Below the pieces are notes generated by a model. The model saw only the letters and a program-made list of their open reading frames with translations. It searched no databases and was not told the origin of the DNA. From contig CAVYNH010000004.1 of the NCBI GenBank assembly GCA_963769885.1, forward strand, positions 224,001 through 288,000: 64,000 bases of DNA, in the 5' to 3' direction. A program made the position numbers and the translations under genes. Shown here piece after piece: positions 20,558-31,248 of this stretch. The DNA is from Methanobacteriota archaeon (GTDB lineage Archaea; Thermoplasmatota; E2; DHVEG-1). How positions within the stretch are numbered: the first letter of the stretch is position 1; the number at the start of each line of letters is the position of its first letter.

Positions 20558-21571
20558 TTAGGGGAGGATCTGGTCGAAGACGTACTCCGCCCAGGAACGT
20601 AGTCCCAAGGCGACTTCGAGCTCCACCGGCGTAAGCATTGGTTTTTCATAGAGCGTGCTGTCGTCGATCGCGATCCGCGGGCATGCTGTCGAGACAAAAC
20701 ACTCAAGCTCCGTGAACCCTTGCAGCGCAAGGGGGGAACAGTGCTCAAGCAGCAAGAGGATTGCGGTCTTCCCCTGTTTGAGGAGCAGGTCCCGGATGTG
20801 TGTGGCGAGTGCGAGCCGCTGCTGACCCGCCTTCAAACCGATGATGATGCCGAACCGGGTGGCGTTCTGGGCGAGGGTAATCGCCGCGTAGCGCTGGCGC
20901 AGCAGCTTGTCCTTTACGGTTTCGATCTCTTCCCGTCGCACTTCGCCGGTGTACGGGTCGGCGGCGATGACTGGTTTCTGCGTCGCCAAGGCTAACCCTA
21001 CGGGGTGGAACATGCCGCTGCCGACGAACAGGAAGCAGTCGATCTGGTCTTGGATGAGGGTTCCGGCGGAGAAGTTGCAGCCGAGGATCTGGCCGCAGGC
21101 GGCTCGTGGGCCGCATTTTCCGATGACCGGGATGAAGTCATGGTTTTTCAGCGTGTCCTCGATTTTGGTGAGTTCTTCGAGATGCTGGGCCGTGGTCACG
21201 ATTCCGATGCGTTTGCCGACCAGCTGGGGAAGGGCTTGCTGCACGACTTTGGTGGGATCCCTTATCGAGAGCGCGTTCGCGTAGACGGTAGGGATGTCGC
21301 TTTTGAGGACCGGTACTTCGGTATGTCCAACGTGAATGACGAGGTCGATGTTCAGGCGTCGTAGTTTGTCCGAGGCGAGGTCGCAGGCGCCGTAGCAGGG
21401 GTCTGCACACAGCATCACGAGCGCCCCGGTCTTCTTCTCGAGAGTGTCGACAAGAGTGCGGGCGTGGGGTCGGAGTCCTTCCGGCATCTGCACGGCGACC
21501 GACGTCGCGTGTTTCTCTTTGATGGCGGTGATGATTCGTTGAATGTCGATGCGGTAGCCGGAGAGTTCCAT
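20558..21571 (-). CDS. dph2: Diphthamide biosynthesis enzyme Dph2
   Basis: QMPEGL, CYGACD, GQILGC, TACPRIAIDD. Confidence 0.95.
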   Translation of the reverse strand: MELSGYRIDIQRIITAIKEKHATSVAVQMPEGLRPHARTLVDTLEKKTGALVMLCADPCYGACDLASDKLRRLNIDLVIHVGHTEVPVLKSDIPTVYANALSIRDPTKVVQQALPQLVGKRIGIVTTAQHLEELTKIEDTLKNHDFIPVIGKCGPRAACGQILGCNFSAGTLIQDQIDCFLFVGSGMFHPVGLALATQKPVIAADPYTGEVRREEIETVKDKLLRQRYAAITLAQNATRFGIIIGLKAGQQRLALATHIRDLLLKQGKTAILLLLEHCSPLALQGFTELECFVSTACPRIAIDDSTLYEKPMLTPVELEVALGLRSWAEYVFDQILP

Positions 21572-21575
21572 AGTC

Positions 21576-23168
21576 TTAGACAGCCTCTTGGAGCATGGTG
21601 ATGAGGTTTTGGTAGGAGTCCAGGCGATAGTCGTAGGAGTCATTGCCGGTGTTGAGGTCGAGGTGGATGCCGAGGGGCTCTTCGAAGGGTTCGAAGGTTC
21701 TTTTCTGGGCGAGGTAGATCTCCCAGCGGCCGTCGGAGACGGTTTTTTCTTTGAGGCGGTGTTCGAGGCGTTGTTTGACGAGGGCGTCGGGGGTCTCGCA
21801 GTGGACGACGACGAGGATCGCGTGGTTGCCTTCGGCGGCGGTGAGGGCGATTCTGCGGTGTTCTTGTTTTTGGAAGGTGGCGTCGAGGACGACGTGGTCG
21901 CCGCGGCTCATGAAGGCCCAGGCGAGGTCGATCATCTTGTGGTAGGTTTTGTCGACGTTTTTTGGGGTGTAGAGACCGATGTCGAGGGAATCGTGGTGTC
22001 GTTCGAAGGGATCGATGCCGGCGAGTTCTTTGCGGACGACGTCGGTGTTGAGGAGGTGGGCGCCGTAGTCGACCGATAGTTTTTCGGCGACGGTGGATTT
22101 GCCGGTGCCGGTGAGGCCGGCGACGAGGAAGAGGACGGGGTGGGTGCAGGTCTGGTCGAAGGTGAAGAGGCGGGTGTAGTAGCGGGCGAGGTCGTAGTAG
22201 CGGCGGGCGTCGCTGATGATGTGGTTTTTCTCTTTTTTTGGGAGTTTTTTATCGGCGAGGCGGAAGCCGAGGACTTTGCCGCGGACGTAGGCGCGGTAGG
22301 ATTTGTAGAAGTTGAGGACGCGGTGGATGTCGTGGTCGCCGGAGAGTTCGATGTAGCGGCGGATGAGGCGGCTGGCGAGGTAGGGGGCGTTGTGGCTGTC
22401 GAGGTCCATGGCGAGGAAGGCGATGTCGCTGGCGGCGTCGCAGTAGCGGAAGCGGGTGTTGAATTCGATGCAGTCGAAGATGCAGGGGTCGCCGTCGGTG
22501 ATGACGATGTTGCCGGTGTGGAGGTCGCCGTGGCAGTCGTGGATGCGGCCGTCGTTGATGCGTTGGGTGAAGACGGCGGCGTTGGTGGTGAAGTAGCGGT
22601 GGCAGGCTTCTTTGATGAAGTTGTAGATCTGGGTGGGGATGGTGACGTCGATCATGCTGGTGGTTTGTTCGAAGTTTTCGTCGATGTTGTGTTTGACGGC
22701 TTCCATGGTTGCGAATTGGTTTTTTTCTGGGGTGGGGTGGTCGTTGTTGTAGAAGTCGACGAGGCAGGCGACGAGGCGGTCGATGTGGTGGGGGGTGATC
22801 TTGCCGTGCTCGAGCATGGTGGTCATGATGTGGTCTTGGGGGAATTGTTTCATTTTGACGGCGTAGTCGACGACGTCTCCGTTGCCGTTGAGGCGGTAGG
22901 TGCTGTTGAGTTTGGTTATTGGGAGGACGTCGAGGTAGATGTCGGGGCAGAGGCGGCGGTTGAGTCTGAGTTCTTCGTCGCAGTAGTGTTTGCGTTTGTC
23001 GAGGGTGGAGAAGTCGAGGAAGCCGAAGTCGACGGGTTTTTTGATTTTATAGGCGTATTTTCCGGTGAGGGCGACGGTGGAGATGTGGGTGTGGATGATT
23101 TGGACGGTTTTGACGTGTGGGCCGTAGAAGGAGGGTTTGGTCATGGCGGTCTGGAGCGTCTCGGGCAT
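21576..23168 (-). CDS. Aminoglycoside-phosphotransferase-like kinase fused to P-loop (AAA_33) kinase
   Basis: THIS..AYKIKKPVDFGFLDFS, CHGDLH, FDCIEFN, GLTGTGKST. Confidence 0.9.
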   Translation of the reverse strand: MPETLQTAMTKPSFYGPHVKTVQIIHTHISTVALTGKYAYKIKKPVDFGFLDFSTLDKRKHYCDEELRLNRRLCPDIYLDVLPITKLNSTYRLNGNGDVVDYAVKMKQFPQDHIMTTMLEHGKITPHHIDRLVACLVDFYNNDHPTPEKNQFATMEAVKHNIDENFEQTTSMIDVTIPTQIYNFIKEACHRYFTTNAAVFTQRINDGRIHDCHGDLHTGNIVITDGDPCIFDCIEFNTRFRYCDAASDIAFLAMDLDSHNAPYLASRLIRRYIELSGDHDIHRVLNFYKSYRAYVRGKVLGFRLADKKLPKKEKNHIISDARRYYDLARYYTRLFTFDQTCTHPVLFLVAGLTGTGKSTVAEKLSVDYGAHLLNTDVVRKELAGIDPFERHHDSLDIGLYTPKNVDKTYHKMIDLAWAFMSRGDHVVLDATFQKQEHRRIALTAAEGNHAILVVVHCETPDALVKQRLEHRLKEKTVSDGRWEIYLAQKRTFEPFEEPLGIHLDLNTGNDSYDYRLDSYQNLITMLQEAV

Positions 23169-23230
23169 AATGGGGTATCAATGAACCGGTTGTGTTTTTA
23201 AAAGGTTCGTTTAGTTGAGTGCGGTGTTAT

Positions 23231-24493
23231 TTATGTATGGAAGAGGAGGAGGACGATGATGAGGTTGGAGGCGAGGGCAGCGATGCTGGCGGGGATGTAC
23301 ATCTTGTACATACGGGTGACGTCCGTATGAAGGTAGTCGCTGCTGAGGACGTTGCAGAGGTGGATGGGGCTGATGAGGTAGCCGATGAGGACGGCGATGA
23401 AGACGAGGCAGGTACAGCCGAGGACGGTGACGCCGCTGATGGCGATGAGGGGGGCAATGAGGGGGTAGGAGAGGGCGACGCTGGCGAAGTCGCTGCCGAT
23501 GAGCAGCGCGATGATGAGGGGGATGAGGATGATGACGGCGAGGGCGGGGATGGTGAGGGTCTGCATCCCTTGGGAGATGAAGGTGTCGACTTGGGAGAGC
23601 TCAATCATCTGGCGGAAGATCATGATGGCGAAGATCGCGGCGGCGAGGTTCCAGCTCAGGGATTTGCGGAGGATCTGCCATGAGGTTTTTTTGTCGGTGT
23701 TGGTGAGGATGAAGAGGAGGATGATGCCGACGGTGACGCCGATGATGAAGCTTTCGGTCTCATTGAATCCTACGAAGATCAGGGCGTAGAAGGGGAGTGG
23801 GATGATGGGTGGGAACAGGAATTTCAGCCCGGTGTAGTCTTTGTTTTGGGTCGTTGGTCGGGGTGGTTTTTGTCGCATGAAGCGGCGCATGTAGAGGTGG
23901 CCGATGAGGAGGTAGGCGATGAAGAAGGGGATGTCGGCGAGGATGAGGTTCTGGATGGGGATGTCGGAGAACTGGGTGCTGACGATGAGGATCATGGTCT
24001 GGCTGAGGGGAAAGATGGGGAACCAGAGGTGGCGGAACCAGACGTTGAGGACGTTTTTGTTGTCTTGGGTGAGGCCGTATTTGGTGCCTTCGTGGTCGAT
24101 GAGGGGGGCGGAGAAGAGGGCGCCGCCGGGGATGGGCATGAGGCCGTAGACGGCGGGGATGACGGCGATGGTGCCGCCTTTGGTGAAGATGGTGCGGAGG
24201 CTGTCGATGAGTCTGGTGATGGCCTTGGTTTCCTGCATGCATTTGGCGAGCATGAGGATGAGGGTCATGAGGATGGCGAGTTCGATGGTGTCAGTAACAA
24301 TCTGGTGAGTTGAGACGTTATAGATGACTGCGGTTAGAAATCCTTCGAGAATCTGTACCGGTGTCGCGACTTGCAGGGAGAAGATGGCGACGATGAGGGC
24401 GCCGATGATGAGTGCGAGGGCGAAGCTGACTTTCTTTCTGATGAGAACGAGGATGAGGATGAAGGCGATGAGGACCCCGATGAGGTTCAACAT
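23231..24493 (-). CDS. DUF401-family membrane protein
   Basis: GLMPIPGGALFSAP, WFRH, SPIHLC; multi-TM. Confidence 0.85.
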   Translation of the reverse strand: MLNLIGVLIAFILILVLIRKKVSFALALIIGALIVAIFSLQVATPVQILEGFLTAVIYNVSTHQIVTDTIELAILMTLILMLAKCMQETKAITRLIDSLRTIFTKGGTIAVIPAVYGLMPIPGGALFSAPLIDHEGTKYGLTQDNKNVLNVWFRHLWFPIFPLSQTMILIVSTQFSDIPIQNLILADIPFFIAYLLIGHLYMRRFMRQKPPRPTTQNKDYTGLKFLFPPIIPLPFYALIFVGFNETESFIIGVTVGIILLFILTNTDKKTSWQILRKSLSWNLAAAIFAIMIFRQMIELSQVDTFISQGMQTLTIPALAVIILIPLIIALLIGSDFASVALSYPLIAPLIAISGVTVLGCTCLVFIAVLIGYLISPIHLCNVLSSDYLHTDVTRMYKMYIPASIAALASNLIIVLLLFHT

Positions 24494-24508
24494 ATGGTTA
24501 GTCCAAGG

Positions 24509-25810
24509 CTATCGGGCCGGGGTTTTTGTAGTTAACTCGACGGCTTGGCGGGAGGCTGCATCTATGGTCTTGTCGGCGTCAAGGGTGAGGAATTCGTGCT
24601 CCAGCATGAGTGGTGTTCCGTTCACAATGGTGGTGCTGACGTCGCTGCCGCGGACCGCGTACGTGAGGTGTGAGACGGGGTCGTGGACGGGGGTGAGGTG
24701 TAGTTTGTGCAGGTCGATGAGGATGAGGTCGGCGAGGCTGCCTTCCGTGAGGCTGCCGAGATGATTCTGTTGGAGGCTGGCGGCGCCGTTGACGGTGGCC
24801 ATGTCGAGGAGGGTCTGGGCGGGCATGACGGTGGGGTCCCAGCGGTGTTGTTTCTGGCCGAGGGCGGCGAATTTCATGGTGTCGAACATGTCGAGGATGT
24901 TGTTGCTGGCGGCACCGTCGGTGCCGAGGCCGACGCGAAGTCCTGCGGCGAGCATCTCCGGGATGGGAGCGTAGGCGCCGGTGCCGATCTTGTAGTTGCT
25001 GACGGGACAGTGGGCGACCGCGACGCCGGCGTCTTTCATAGTGGCGATCTCGGTTTTAGTGATCCAGCCACAGTGGGCGAGTACCATGCGTGGGGTAAGG
25101 AGGCCGAGGCTGTGGAATTGTTCGATGGGGCGTCTGTTGTATTTGTTCTCAACGTCGTAGACCTCGTCACGAGTCTCGGAGCAGTGGCTGTGGAGGAGCA
25201 CGTTGTTCTTGGTCGCAAGGTCGAGGCAGCGGGCGAGCGTCTCCGGGCTGCAGGTGTAGGCGCCGTGGGGGGCGACGACGGGATGGACCAGGGGGTCGTG
25301 CTGCCAGGTTTTAATGAATCGTTCGCAGGCGGGGAGGAGCTCGTTGGCTTTGTATTCAGCGGTGTCGAAGTCGAGGATGCCGAAACCGAGGAACCCGCGC
25401 ATCCCGGCTTTTTTGGTCACGGCGGCGACGTGTTCTTCGAAGAAGTACATGTCCAGAAAGGTGGTGGTCCCGGAAGCGATCATTTCGAGCAGGCCGAGGG
25501 TGGCGCCGGTCTCGATCGATTTGGGGGTGAGGCGGGCTTCGACGGGCCAGATGCAGTGTTGCAGCCAATCATTCAGGAGGCGGTCGTCGCCGTAGCCGCG
25601 TAGCAGCGTCATCGGCAGGTGGGTGTGGAGGTTGACGAGGCCGGGGAGGACGAGGGTGTCTTTGCCGTCGATTTTGTAGTCTGCCTCGACGGTGATCGGC
25701 CGTTCAGAAATCTGAGTGATGGTCTCTTGCTCTACAAGAAGGTCGCCGTGGAGCCGCCGCCGTTTCTCGTCTTGGGTGAGGATGGTGGCGTGTTTAATGA
25801 GTAGGCTCAT
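24509..25810 (-). CDS. MTA/SAH (5'-deoxyadenosine) deaminase-type amidohydrolase
   Basis: NLHTH, APHGAYTCS, HCSET, GLGTDGAASNN. Confidence 0.9.
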   Translation of the reverse strand: MSLLIKHATILTQDEKRRRLHGDLLVEQETITQISERPITVEADYKIDGKDTLVLPGLVNLHTHLPMTLLRGYGDDRLLNDWLQHCIWPVEARLTPKSIETGATLGLLEMIASGTTTFLDMYFFEEHVAAVTKKAGMRGFLGFGILDFDTAEYKANELLPACERFIKTWQHDPLVHPVVAPHGAYTCSPETLARCLDLATKNNVLLHSHCSETRDEVYDVENKYNRRPIEQFHSLGLLTPRMVLAHCGWITKTEIATMKDAGVAVAHCPVSNYKIGTGAYAPIPEMLAAGLRVGLGTDGAASNNILDMFDTMKFAALGQKQHRWDPTVMPAQTLLDMATVNGAASLQQNHLGSLTEGSLADLILIDLHKLHLTPVHDPVSHLTYAVRGSDVSTTIVNGTPLMLEHEFLTLDADKTIDAASRQAVELTTKTPAR

Positions 25811-26246
25811 CGGTGGGCTCGTCGTCGAAGAGGGGCGTGGCTTTCGCCCAGCTGTCCTCGAAGTAGCGGTTGAGTTTCTGTATCATGTCTTTTTCCACGG
25901 TCCAGATCCCCAGCTCGTTCTCCTGGATGGGTCCGGAGAGGATGAGGGCGCGGTTGTCGCCGAGGATGAAGTTGCCTTTGATGCCGCTGTGGTGCTTGAC
26001 GGCCATGCCGGTGAACATGGCCTTGTTGGGGTAGTCGTTGACGACGATCTTGGCGTTCTTGGGGAGGTCGATGCTGCCCATGGTCTCGGCGATGATGCGG
26101 GGGTTTTTGATTTCCTCGAGCGTCCATTTGTGGGTGGGCAGCGTCGCGGGGGCGGCGCGGTTGAAGCGCCGTAGCCCGAGTTCGATGGCGAAGCCGACCA
26201 CGACGACGCCGACGATTAGTCCGAGGATAAACGATACGACATCCAT
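25794..26246 (-). CDS. Hypothetical protein with N-terminal TM helix and PLD/TrmB-like C-terminal fold
   Basis: N-terminal TM; C-terminal ..YFEDSWAKA; overlaps the next gene. Confidence 0.6.
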   Translation of the reverse strand: MDVVSFILGLIVGVVVVGFAIELGLRRFNRAAPATLPTHKWTLEEIKNPRIIAETMGSIDLPKNAKIVVNDYPNKAMFTGMAVKHHSGIKGNFILGDNRALILSGPIQENELGIWTVEKDMIQKLNRYFEDSWAKATPLFDDEPTDEPTH

Positions 26247-26405
26247 CTCTCTCTAGTCTCCTTATGAAGAGTATTCGGGAGGCTGGATAAATAGATTGCC
26301 TTATTGCACTGGAACAAGGGGGTTTCCTTTGCTTGTTTTTTCCTGGTTTTTGAGGGGACGAAATTTTATTATACAACCCCGTCTTTATTGTGGGAAGGAT
26401 TTCCC

Positions 26406-26870
26406 ATGCATCGAGTGTTTTCACTCATGTGTATACTCGTTCTCGTAGCGGGCATCGCATCAACGGCAACTTCTGGGACCATCCGCACCCCAGCGCACTA
26501 CAGAGTCTTCGCTGGCGGGGACATCTTTTACGTGGACCCGTTCAACTGGACCTGGCATGGAAACCTTCACGAGTACAGGACGAACTACACGTCTCAGACC
26601 TATGGATTCTACTACAAGACGTGCATTTACATCATCAACCAAGGCGGGATGTCACTCGGCTGGTACTTCCTCTTCCTTCAAGAGAAAAAGACAAGAACCA
26701 TCTTCAATAAAAACCAGCTCCCCTATCAATTCATCATCTACAATTTCACAGGATCGATTAGTCTGTCGTATTATTACCACCCTCACGGCAGCATGGGCTG
26801 CGGTTTCAGGCTCATCGGCAACGCCGAATCCTACGCCCCCTACAATCCTTTCCCGCCTCTGAATAAGTAA
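26406..26870 (+). CDS. Hypothetical secreted protein
   Basis: Signal peptide MHRVFSLMCILVLVAGIASTA; aromatic-rich beta sequence. Confidence 0.6.
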   Translation: MHRVFSLMCILVLVAGIASTATSGTIRTPAHYRVFAGGDIFYVDPFNWTWHGNLHEYRTNYTSQTYGFYYKTCIYIINQGGMSLGWYFLFLQEKKTRTIFNKNQLPYQFIIYNFTGSISLSYYYHPHGSMGCGFRLIGNAESYAPYNPFPPLNK

Positions 26871-26938
26871 TCGTCACAAGGTAATCTTTATGTGCCATTG
26901 ATGAATTCAGGTCAAATCTTGTTCCTGGGGATTCTCCT

Positions 26939-27856
26939 ATGGATACCATCCTTCAGACACGCATCGCGGACCTCAAGAAGAAGCACCACATCCTGCTCCT
27001 GGCGCACAACTACCAGCCGCCAGAGATCCAGGACGCGGCCGACTTCATCGGCGACAGCCTCGACCTCGCCATCAAAGCCACCAAGACCACAGCCGACGTC
27101 ATCGTCTTCTGCGGCGTCTCGTTCATGGCCGAGGCCGCCAAGATCCTCAACCCGGACAAGACCGTGATCCTGCCCGACCCCACCGCCACCTGCCCCATGG
27201 CCAACATGGCCACCCCCACCGACCTGCGCCTCCTCATGAAGAAACACCCGAAGGCCGCCGTCGTCGCCTACATCAACACCAACGCCGACGTCAAGGCCCT
27301 CGCCACCATCTGCTGCACCAGCGCCAACGGCGTCACCGTCGTCAACAGCCTCAAAGAAAAGGAGATCATCTTCGTCCCGGACAAGAACCTCGGCGCCTAC
27401 ATCCAACAGCAGGTCCCAGACAAGAAACTCATCCTCTGGCCCGGGTACTGCCACACCCACCAGGACATCCTCCCCGACGACATCCGCACGCTGAAGGCCG
27501 CACATCCGAAGGCCGAGGTCCTCGCCCACCCCGAATGCCGCCCCGAGGTCATCGCCCTCGCCAACCACGTCTGCTCCACCAACGGCATGGTCACCCGCGC
27601 CAAAGCCTCGACCACGACCGAGTTCATCATCGGCACCGAACAAGGCCTCTGCTACCGTCTCGAAAAAGAAATACCGAACAAAAAATTCTACCCGATTCCT
27701 AAGGCTTTCTGCCCCAACATGAAGAAAATCACCATAGAAAAACTCATAAAGAGCATGGAGACTTTAGAGCCAGAGGTCCACCTTTCACCGCAGATTATGC
27801 AACAAGCTAAACAACCACTCCAACACATGATGGACCTGGGGATGAGCAGACCATGA
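26939..27856 (+). CDS. nadA: Quinolinate synthase
   Basis: LAHNYQ, FCGVSFMAE, CPMA, HPEC, CPNMK. Confidence 0.97.
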   Translation: MDTILQTRIADLKKKHHILLLAHNYQPPEIQDAADFIGDSLDLAIKATKTTADVIVFCGVSFMAEAAKILNPDKTVILPDPTATCPMANMATPTDLRLLMKKHPKAAVVAYINTNADVKALATICCTSANGVTVVNSLKEKEIIFVPDKNLGAYIQQQVPDKKLILWPGYCHTHQDILPDDIRTLKAAHPKAEVLAHPECRPEVIALANHVCSTNGMVTRAKASTTTEFIIGTEQGLCYRLEKEIPNKKFYPIPKAFCPNMKKITIEKLIKSMETLEPEVHLSPQIMQQAKQPLQHMMDLGMSRP

Positions 27857-29022
27857 GAGAAGTCTTCCTCGACTACGCCTCGACCACACCCATCGACCCT
27901 GACGTGATCAAAGCCGTCACCACCGCCTTCACCGCCGACATCGGCAACCCCTCCTCCATCCACCACTTCGGCCGCAAAGCCCGCGAAGACGTCGAAGCCA
28001 ACCGCGACGCCGTCGCCCGGCTCCTCGGCGCCAAACACGACGAGATCATCTTCACCGCCGGCGGCACCGAAGCCGACAACCTCGCCATCAAAGGCGTCGC
28101 TTACGCCCACCCCGAAAAAACCAAGACCAAAGGCCCCCACATCATCACCAGCGCCATCGAACACCCCGCCGTCCTCGAACCCTGCCGCAGCCTCGAAGCC
28201 GACGGCTACCAAGTCAAGTACCTCCCTGTCGATAAATACGGCCTCATCGACCCCACCGATGTCGAACACAGCATCACCAAAAACACCTTCCTCATCACCA
28301 TCATGACCGCCAACAACGAGATCGGCACCATCCAACCCATCCAAGAAATCGGCAAGATCGCCCATGAGCACAACATCCTCTTCCACACCGACGCCGTCCA
28401 AGCCGTCGGTAAACTCCCCATCGACGTCAAAAAACACCACATCGACCTCCTCAGCCTCTCCGCCCACAAATTCTACGGCCCCAAAGGCATCGGCGCCCTC
28501 TACGCCCGCAACGGCGTCCAAATCAAGCCCCTCATCCACGGCGGCGGCCACGAAAAAGGACTACGAAGCAGCACCCTCAACGTCCCCGGCATCGTTGGCC
28601 TCGGCAAAGCAGCCCAGCTCGCCAGCCAACGCCTCATCACCGACGTCGACAAAATGACACAGCTGCGCGAACACCTCATCAACCGCACCCTCGCCATTGA
28701 AGAAAGCTACCTCAACGGCCACCCCACCAAACGCCTCTGCAACAACGCCCACTTCCGATTCACCGGCATCGAAGGCGAAAGCCTACTCCTCGGCCTCGAC
28801 GACAAAGGCATCGCCGCCAGCACCGGCTCCGCCTGCTCCAGCCAAAAACAGCAGGCCAGCCACGTCCTCCTCGCCATCGGCCTCACCCCCATCGAAGCCC
28901 ACGGCAGCCTGCGGTTCAGCCTCGGCCGCACAACCACAAAAGATGATCTCGATTACGTCGCCGACCAACTCCCCGCGATCGTCGGCCGCCTCCGCCAGAT
29001 GTCCCCGATGTGGAACCGCTAA
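27853..29022 (+). CDS. iscS: Cysteine desulfurase
   Basis: LDYASTTP, GNPSS, HTDAVQA, SAHKFYGPKG, STGSACSS. Confidence 0.96.
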   Translation: MREVFLDYASTTPIDPDVIKAVTTAFTADIGNPSSIHHFGRKAREDVEANRDAVARLLGAKHDEIIFTAGGTEADNLAIKGVAYAHPEKTKTKGPHIITSAIEHPAVLEPCRSLEADGYQVKYLPVDKYGLIDPTDVEHSITKNTFLITIMTANNEIGTIQPIQEIGKIAHEHNILFHTDAVQAVGKLPIDVKKHHIDLLSLSAHKFYGPKGIGALYARNGVQIKPLIHGGGHEKGLRSSTLNVPGIVGLGKAAQLASQRLITDVDKMTQLREHLINRTLAIEESYLNGHPTKRLCNNAHFRFTGIEGESLLLGLDDKGIAASTGSACSSQKQQASHVLLAIGLTPIEAHGSLRFSLGRTTTKDDLDYVADQLPAIVGRLRQMSPMWNR

Positions 29023-29035
29023 AACCAAGGATGTT

Positions 29036-29764
29036 ATGAAGAACGCCGTCTGCCTCCTCTCCGGAGGACTCGACTCCGCGGTCACCGCCTACGTGGCCCA
29101 CCACGACGGCTACGCGGTGCACGCCCTCTCCTTCTCCTACGGCCAGCGTCACAACCGAGAGATCGCCAGCGCCCGGGCCATCGCCACAGCAGTCGGCGCC
29201 ATCCGCCATAAGATCCTCCCGCTGCCGCTCGACCAAATCGGCGGCTCCTCCCTGACCGCCAGCGAGCCGATCGCGGACCACGACTACCGTGACATCGGCG
29301 CCGAGATCCCCCGGACCTATGTGCCCGCCCGCAACACGATCTTCCTTTCCTTCGGCCTTGCGTATGGGGAAGTCGTCGGCGCAGACGCCATCTACATCGG
29401 CGTCAACGCCGTGGACTACTCCGGGTACCCCGACTGCCGCCCCGAGTACATCGAGGCGTTCCAGCGGCTCGCGAACGTCGCGACCAAGCAAGCGGTCGAG
29501 GGCCATCCCATCAGGCTGCAAACGCCGCTCATCAGCCTCTCCAAGGCCGACATCGTCCGGCTCGGCACGCGACTTCATGTTCCTTTTGAGCACACGTGGT
29601 CCTGTTACCGTGGGGGCGCGAAAGCGTGCGGGCGGTGTGACTCCTGTCTTTTACGCTTGCGCGGCTTCCAGGACGCGGGTATCCTCGACCCTCTCACGTA
29701 CGAAACCTACCCAGCTTGGTACACGCTGAAGAAAACAGGGAAGAAACCGGAAAAGAAAAGATAA
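29036..29764 (+). CDS. queC: 7-cyano-7-deazaguanine synthase
   Basis: LLSGGLDS, YVPARN, YPDCRPE, TWSCY..CGRCDSC. Confidence 0.96.
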   Translation: MKNAVCLLSGGLDSAVTAYVAHHDGYAVHALSFSYGQRHNREIASARAIATAVGAIRHKILPLPLDQIGGSSLTASEPIADHDYRDIGAEIPRTYVPARNTIFLSFGLAYGEVVGADAIYIGVNAVDYSGYPDCRPEYIEAFQRLANVATKQAVEGHPIRLQTPLISLSKADIVRLGTRLHVPFEHTWSCYRGGAKACGRCDSCLLRLRGFQDAGILDPLTYETYPAWYTLKKTGKKPEKKR

Positions 29765-29770
29765 GAGGAT

Positions 29771-30595
29771 TTATTTTTTCGACTCGTTGGTGTCCTTCTT
29801 TCGATGGACGTAGTCCCGGACATCCAGGATGATCGGAATCGAAATCAGCAGCGCCAGCACGATGCCCAGGCAGATCAAGCTGTCCTCATGCACATTGGCC
29901 ACTGTGTTCTTCCCATGCAGGACATCCTCGAAGAAGAGGTTGATCGTCCCGACCCAGGGGATCTCCCCGCGGGCCTTCCCGGTGATCCACTGCGGCAGCA
30001 CCGGCTGCGGACAGATCTCGGAGACCTGATCAATGATCCTGTTGTGATCCCCTTTTGTGAGGAACCCGGAGTGCGTCCAATCTGGCTTGGCATCATGGAG
30101 ATTAAGAGCATCGATGGTGATTGACGTCGCATTATAGATCCCGTAGTCCCTGATCGTGTAATAGGTCTGTCCGTTCTGAAAGGTGACGTTGACCCAGCAC
30201 ATCGCCCGATGGATGATCTGGCTGACGTCGGAGTGTCCCATCGGTTTATAGATCACCACGTCACCGTAGTTCCCGTACGTTTGCAGGCCGTTCTGCGCCT
30301 GCGCCCCGCTGATCGGGCCCCCATGTGGGACCACATCCTTTACCGAGGTGACCTTGACGACCAGGACCATGTCCCCGGCGTCAATCGTGCCGAGACGGCC
30401 GAACGGCGCATTGTCATGCTCCATGCTGCCGGACTCGATCGCCACCATCGGCGCCGCGAGCCACTGCCCCGTGTACGCCCACAGCAGCATCAGGATGATG
30501 AACACGGCCAGGAGCGCGACCAATACGTCGCGGACGAGGGCTACCGTGGAATTCTCTGTATGCCAGAAACGCCGAAAAGCTGTAGGTACGTTCAT
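29771..30595 (-). CDS. Archaeal signal peptidase I (S26)
   Basis: ESGSMEH, IIHRA, TKGDHN. Confidence 0.9.
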   Translation of the reverse strand: MNVPTAFRRFWHTENSTVALVRDVLVALLAVFIILMLLWAYTGQWLAAPMVAIESGSMEHDNAPFGRLGTIDAGDMVLVVKVTSVKDVVPHGGPISGAQAQNGLQTYGNYGDVVIYKPMGHSDVSQIIHRAMCWVNVTFQNGQTYYTIRDYGIYNATSITIDALNLHDAKPDWTHSGFLTKGDHNRIIDQVSEICPQPVLPQWITGKARGEIPWVGTINLFFEDVLHGKNTVANVHEDSLICLGIVLALLISIPIILDVRDYVHRKKDTNESKK

Positions 30596-30708
30596 GGGAC
30601 ACCAGGGTTAACCGCTAGGCGAAGACAGAAGGGAACTCGAGTCGACCGTGAACCCCTCCACTTGTCTGTATCCCCTGCACATACAAGGGTCATTTAAACT
30701 TTACCGTC

Positions 30709-31248
30709 TCACCGGCCCCGCACCGCCGACTCAGCCACGCGGGACTTCCGTTGCGCGGCCACCCGCGTCTTCGTCCCACAGACCGGACAGACCGAAACCT
30801 TGTCCGCGAACCGCCGTCCGCAGCCCGGGCAGCAGACCACCCACGTGATCCGCCTGGTGATCCCCTCCTGCGACAGGCCTAGGTACTTCACCTGCAGGCT
30901 CCGTGCGAGGTTCTGAATCGAATAATCATCGGTGAGGACAATCGCCTCCTGCACCGGGTCCATGTTGATATCAAGGGCGACCGCCAAGACCTCCAGGTCC
31001 GTCGGCGACAGCCGCGCGATGTCTCCGGATCGGGTCGCGGCCTTACGAACCCGCGCCACGGAGGCCGCCGACGGCTTGTAGATGCCCAACCCCTTCTCCT
31101 GCAGGAGCTGAAACGACCGGTAATCCCTCCCGCCGGGACGCAGCTCCGCCGCGACCCCAGGCGCCGTAATCATCGGCCCACTGCTGATGTTGATCGGCTT
31201 CCCCGAAAGGAGCGCCGAGGTATCAAGGATGTACGTCGGCTGTTTCAT
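30709..31248 (-). CDS. nob1: Nob1-family endoribonuclease
   Basis: PIN motifs ILDTSA, LSPTD, TDDYSIQN plus Zn ribbon. Confidence 0.92.
   Translation of the reverse strand: MKQPTYILDTSALLSGKPINISSGPMITAPGVAAELRPGGRDYRSFQLLQEKGLGIYKPSAASVARVRKAATRSGDIARLSPTDLEVLAVALDINMDPVQEAIVLTDDYSIQNLARSLQVKYLGLSQEGITRRITWVVCCPGCGRRFADKVSVCPVCGTKTRVAAQRKSRVAESAVRGR

Noticed and set aside
28697-29035. N-terminal extensions in the ORF track for queC (similarly aIF2a, dph2, pstA)
   Set aside because: They overlap upstream genes; conserved motifs begin at the downstream starts.
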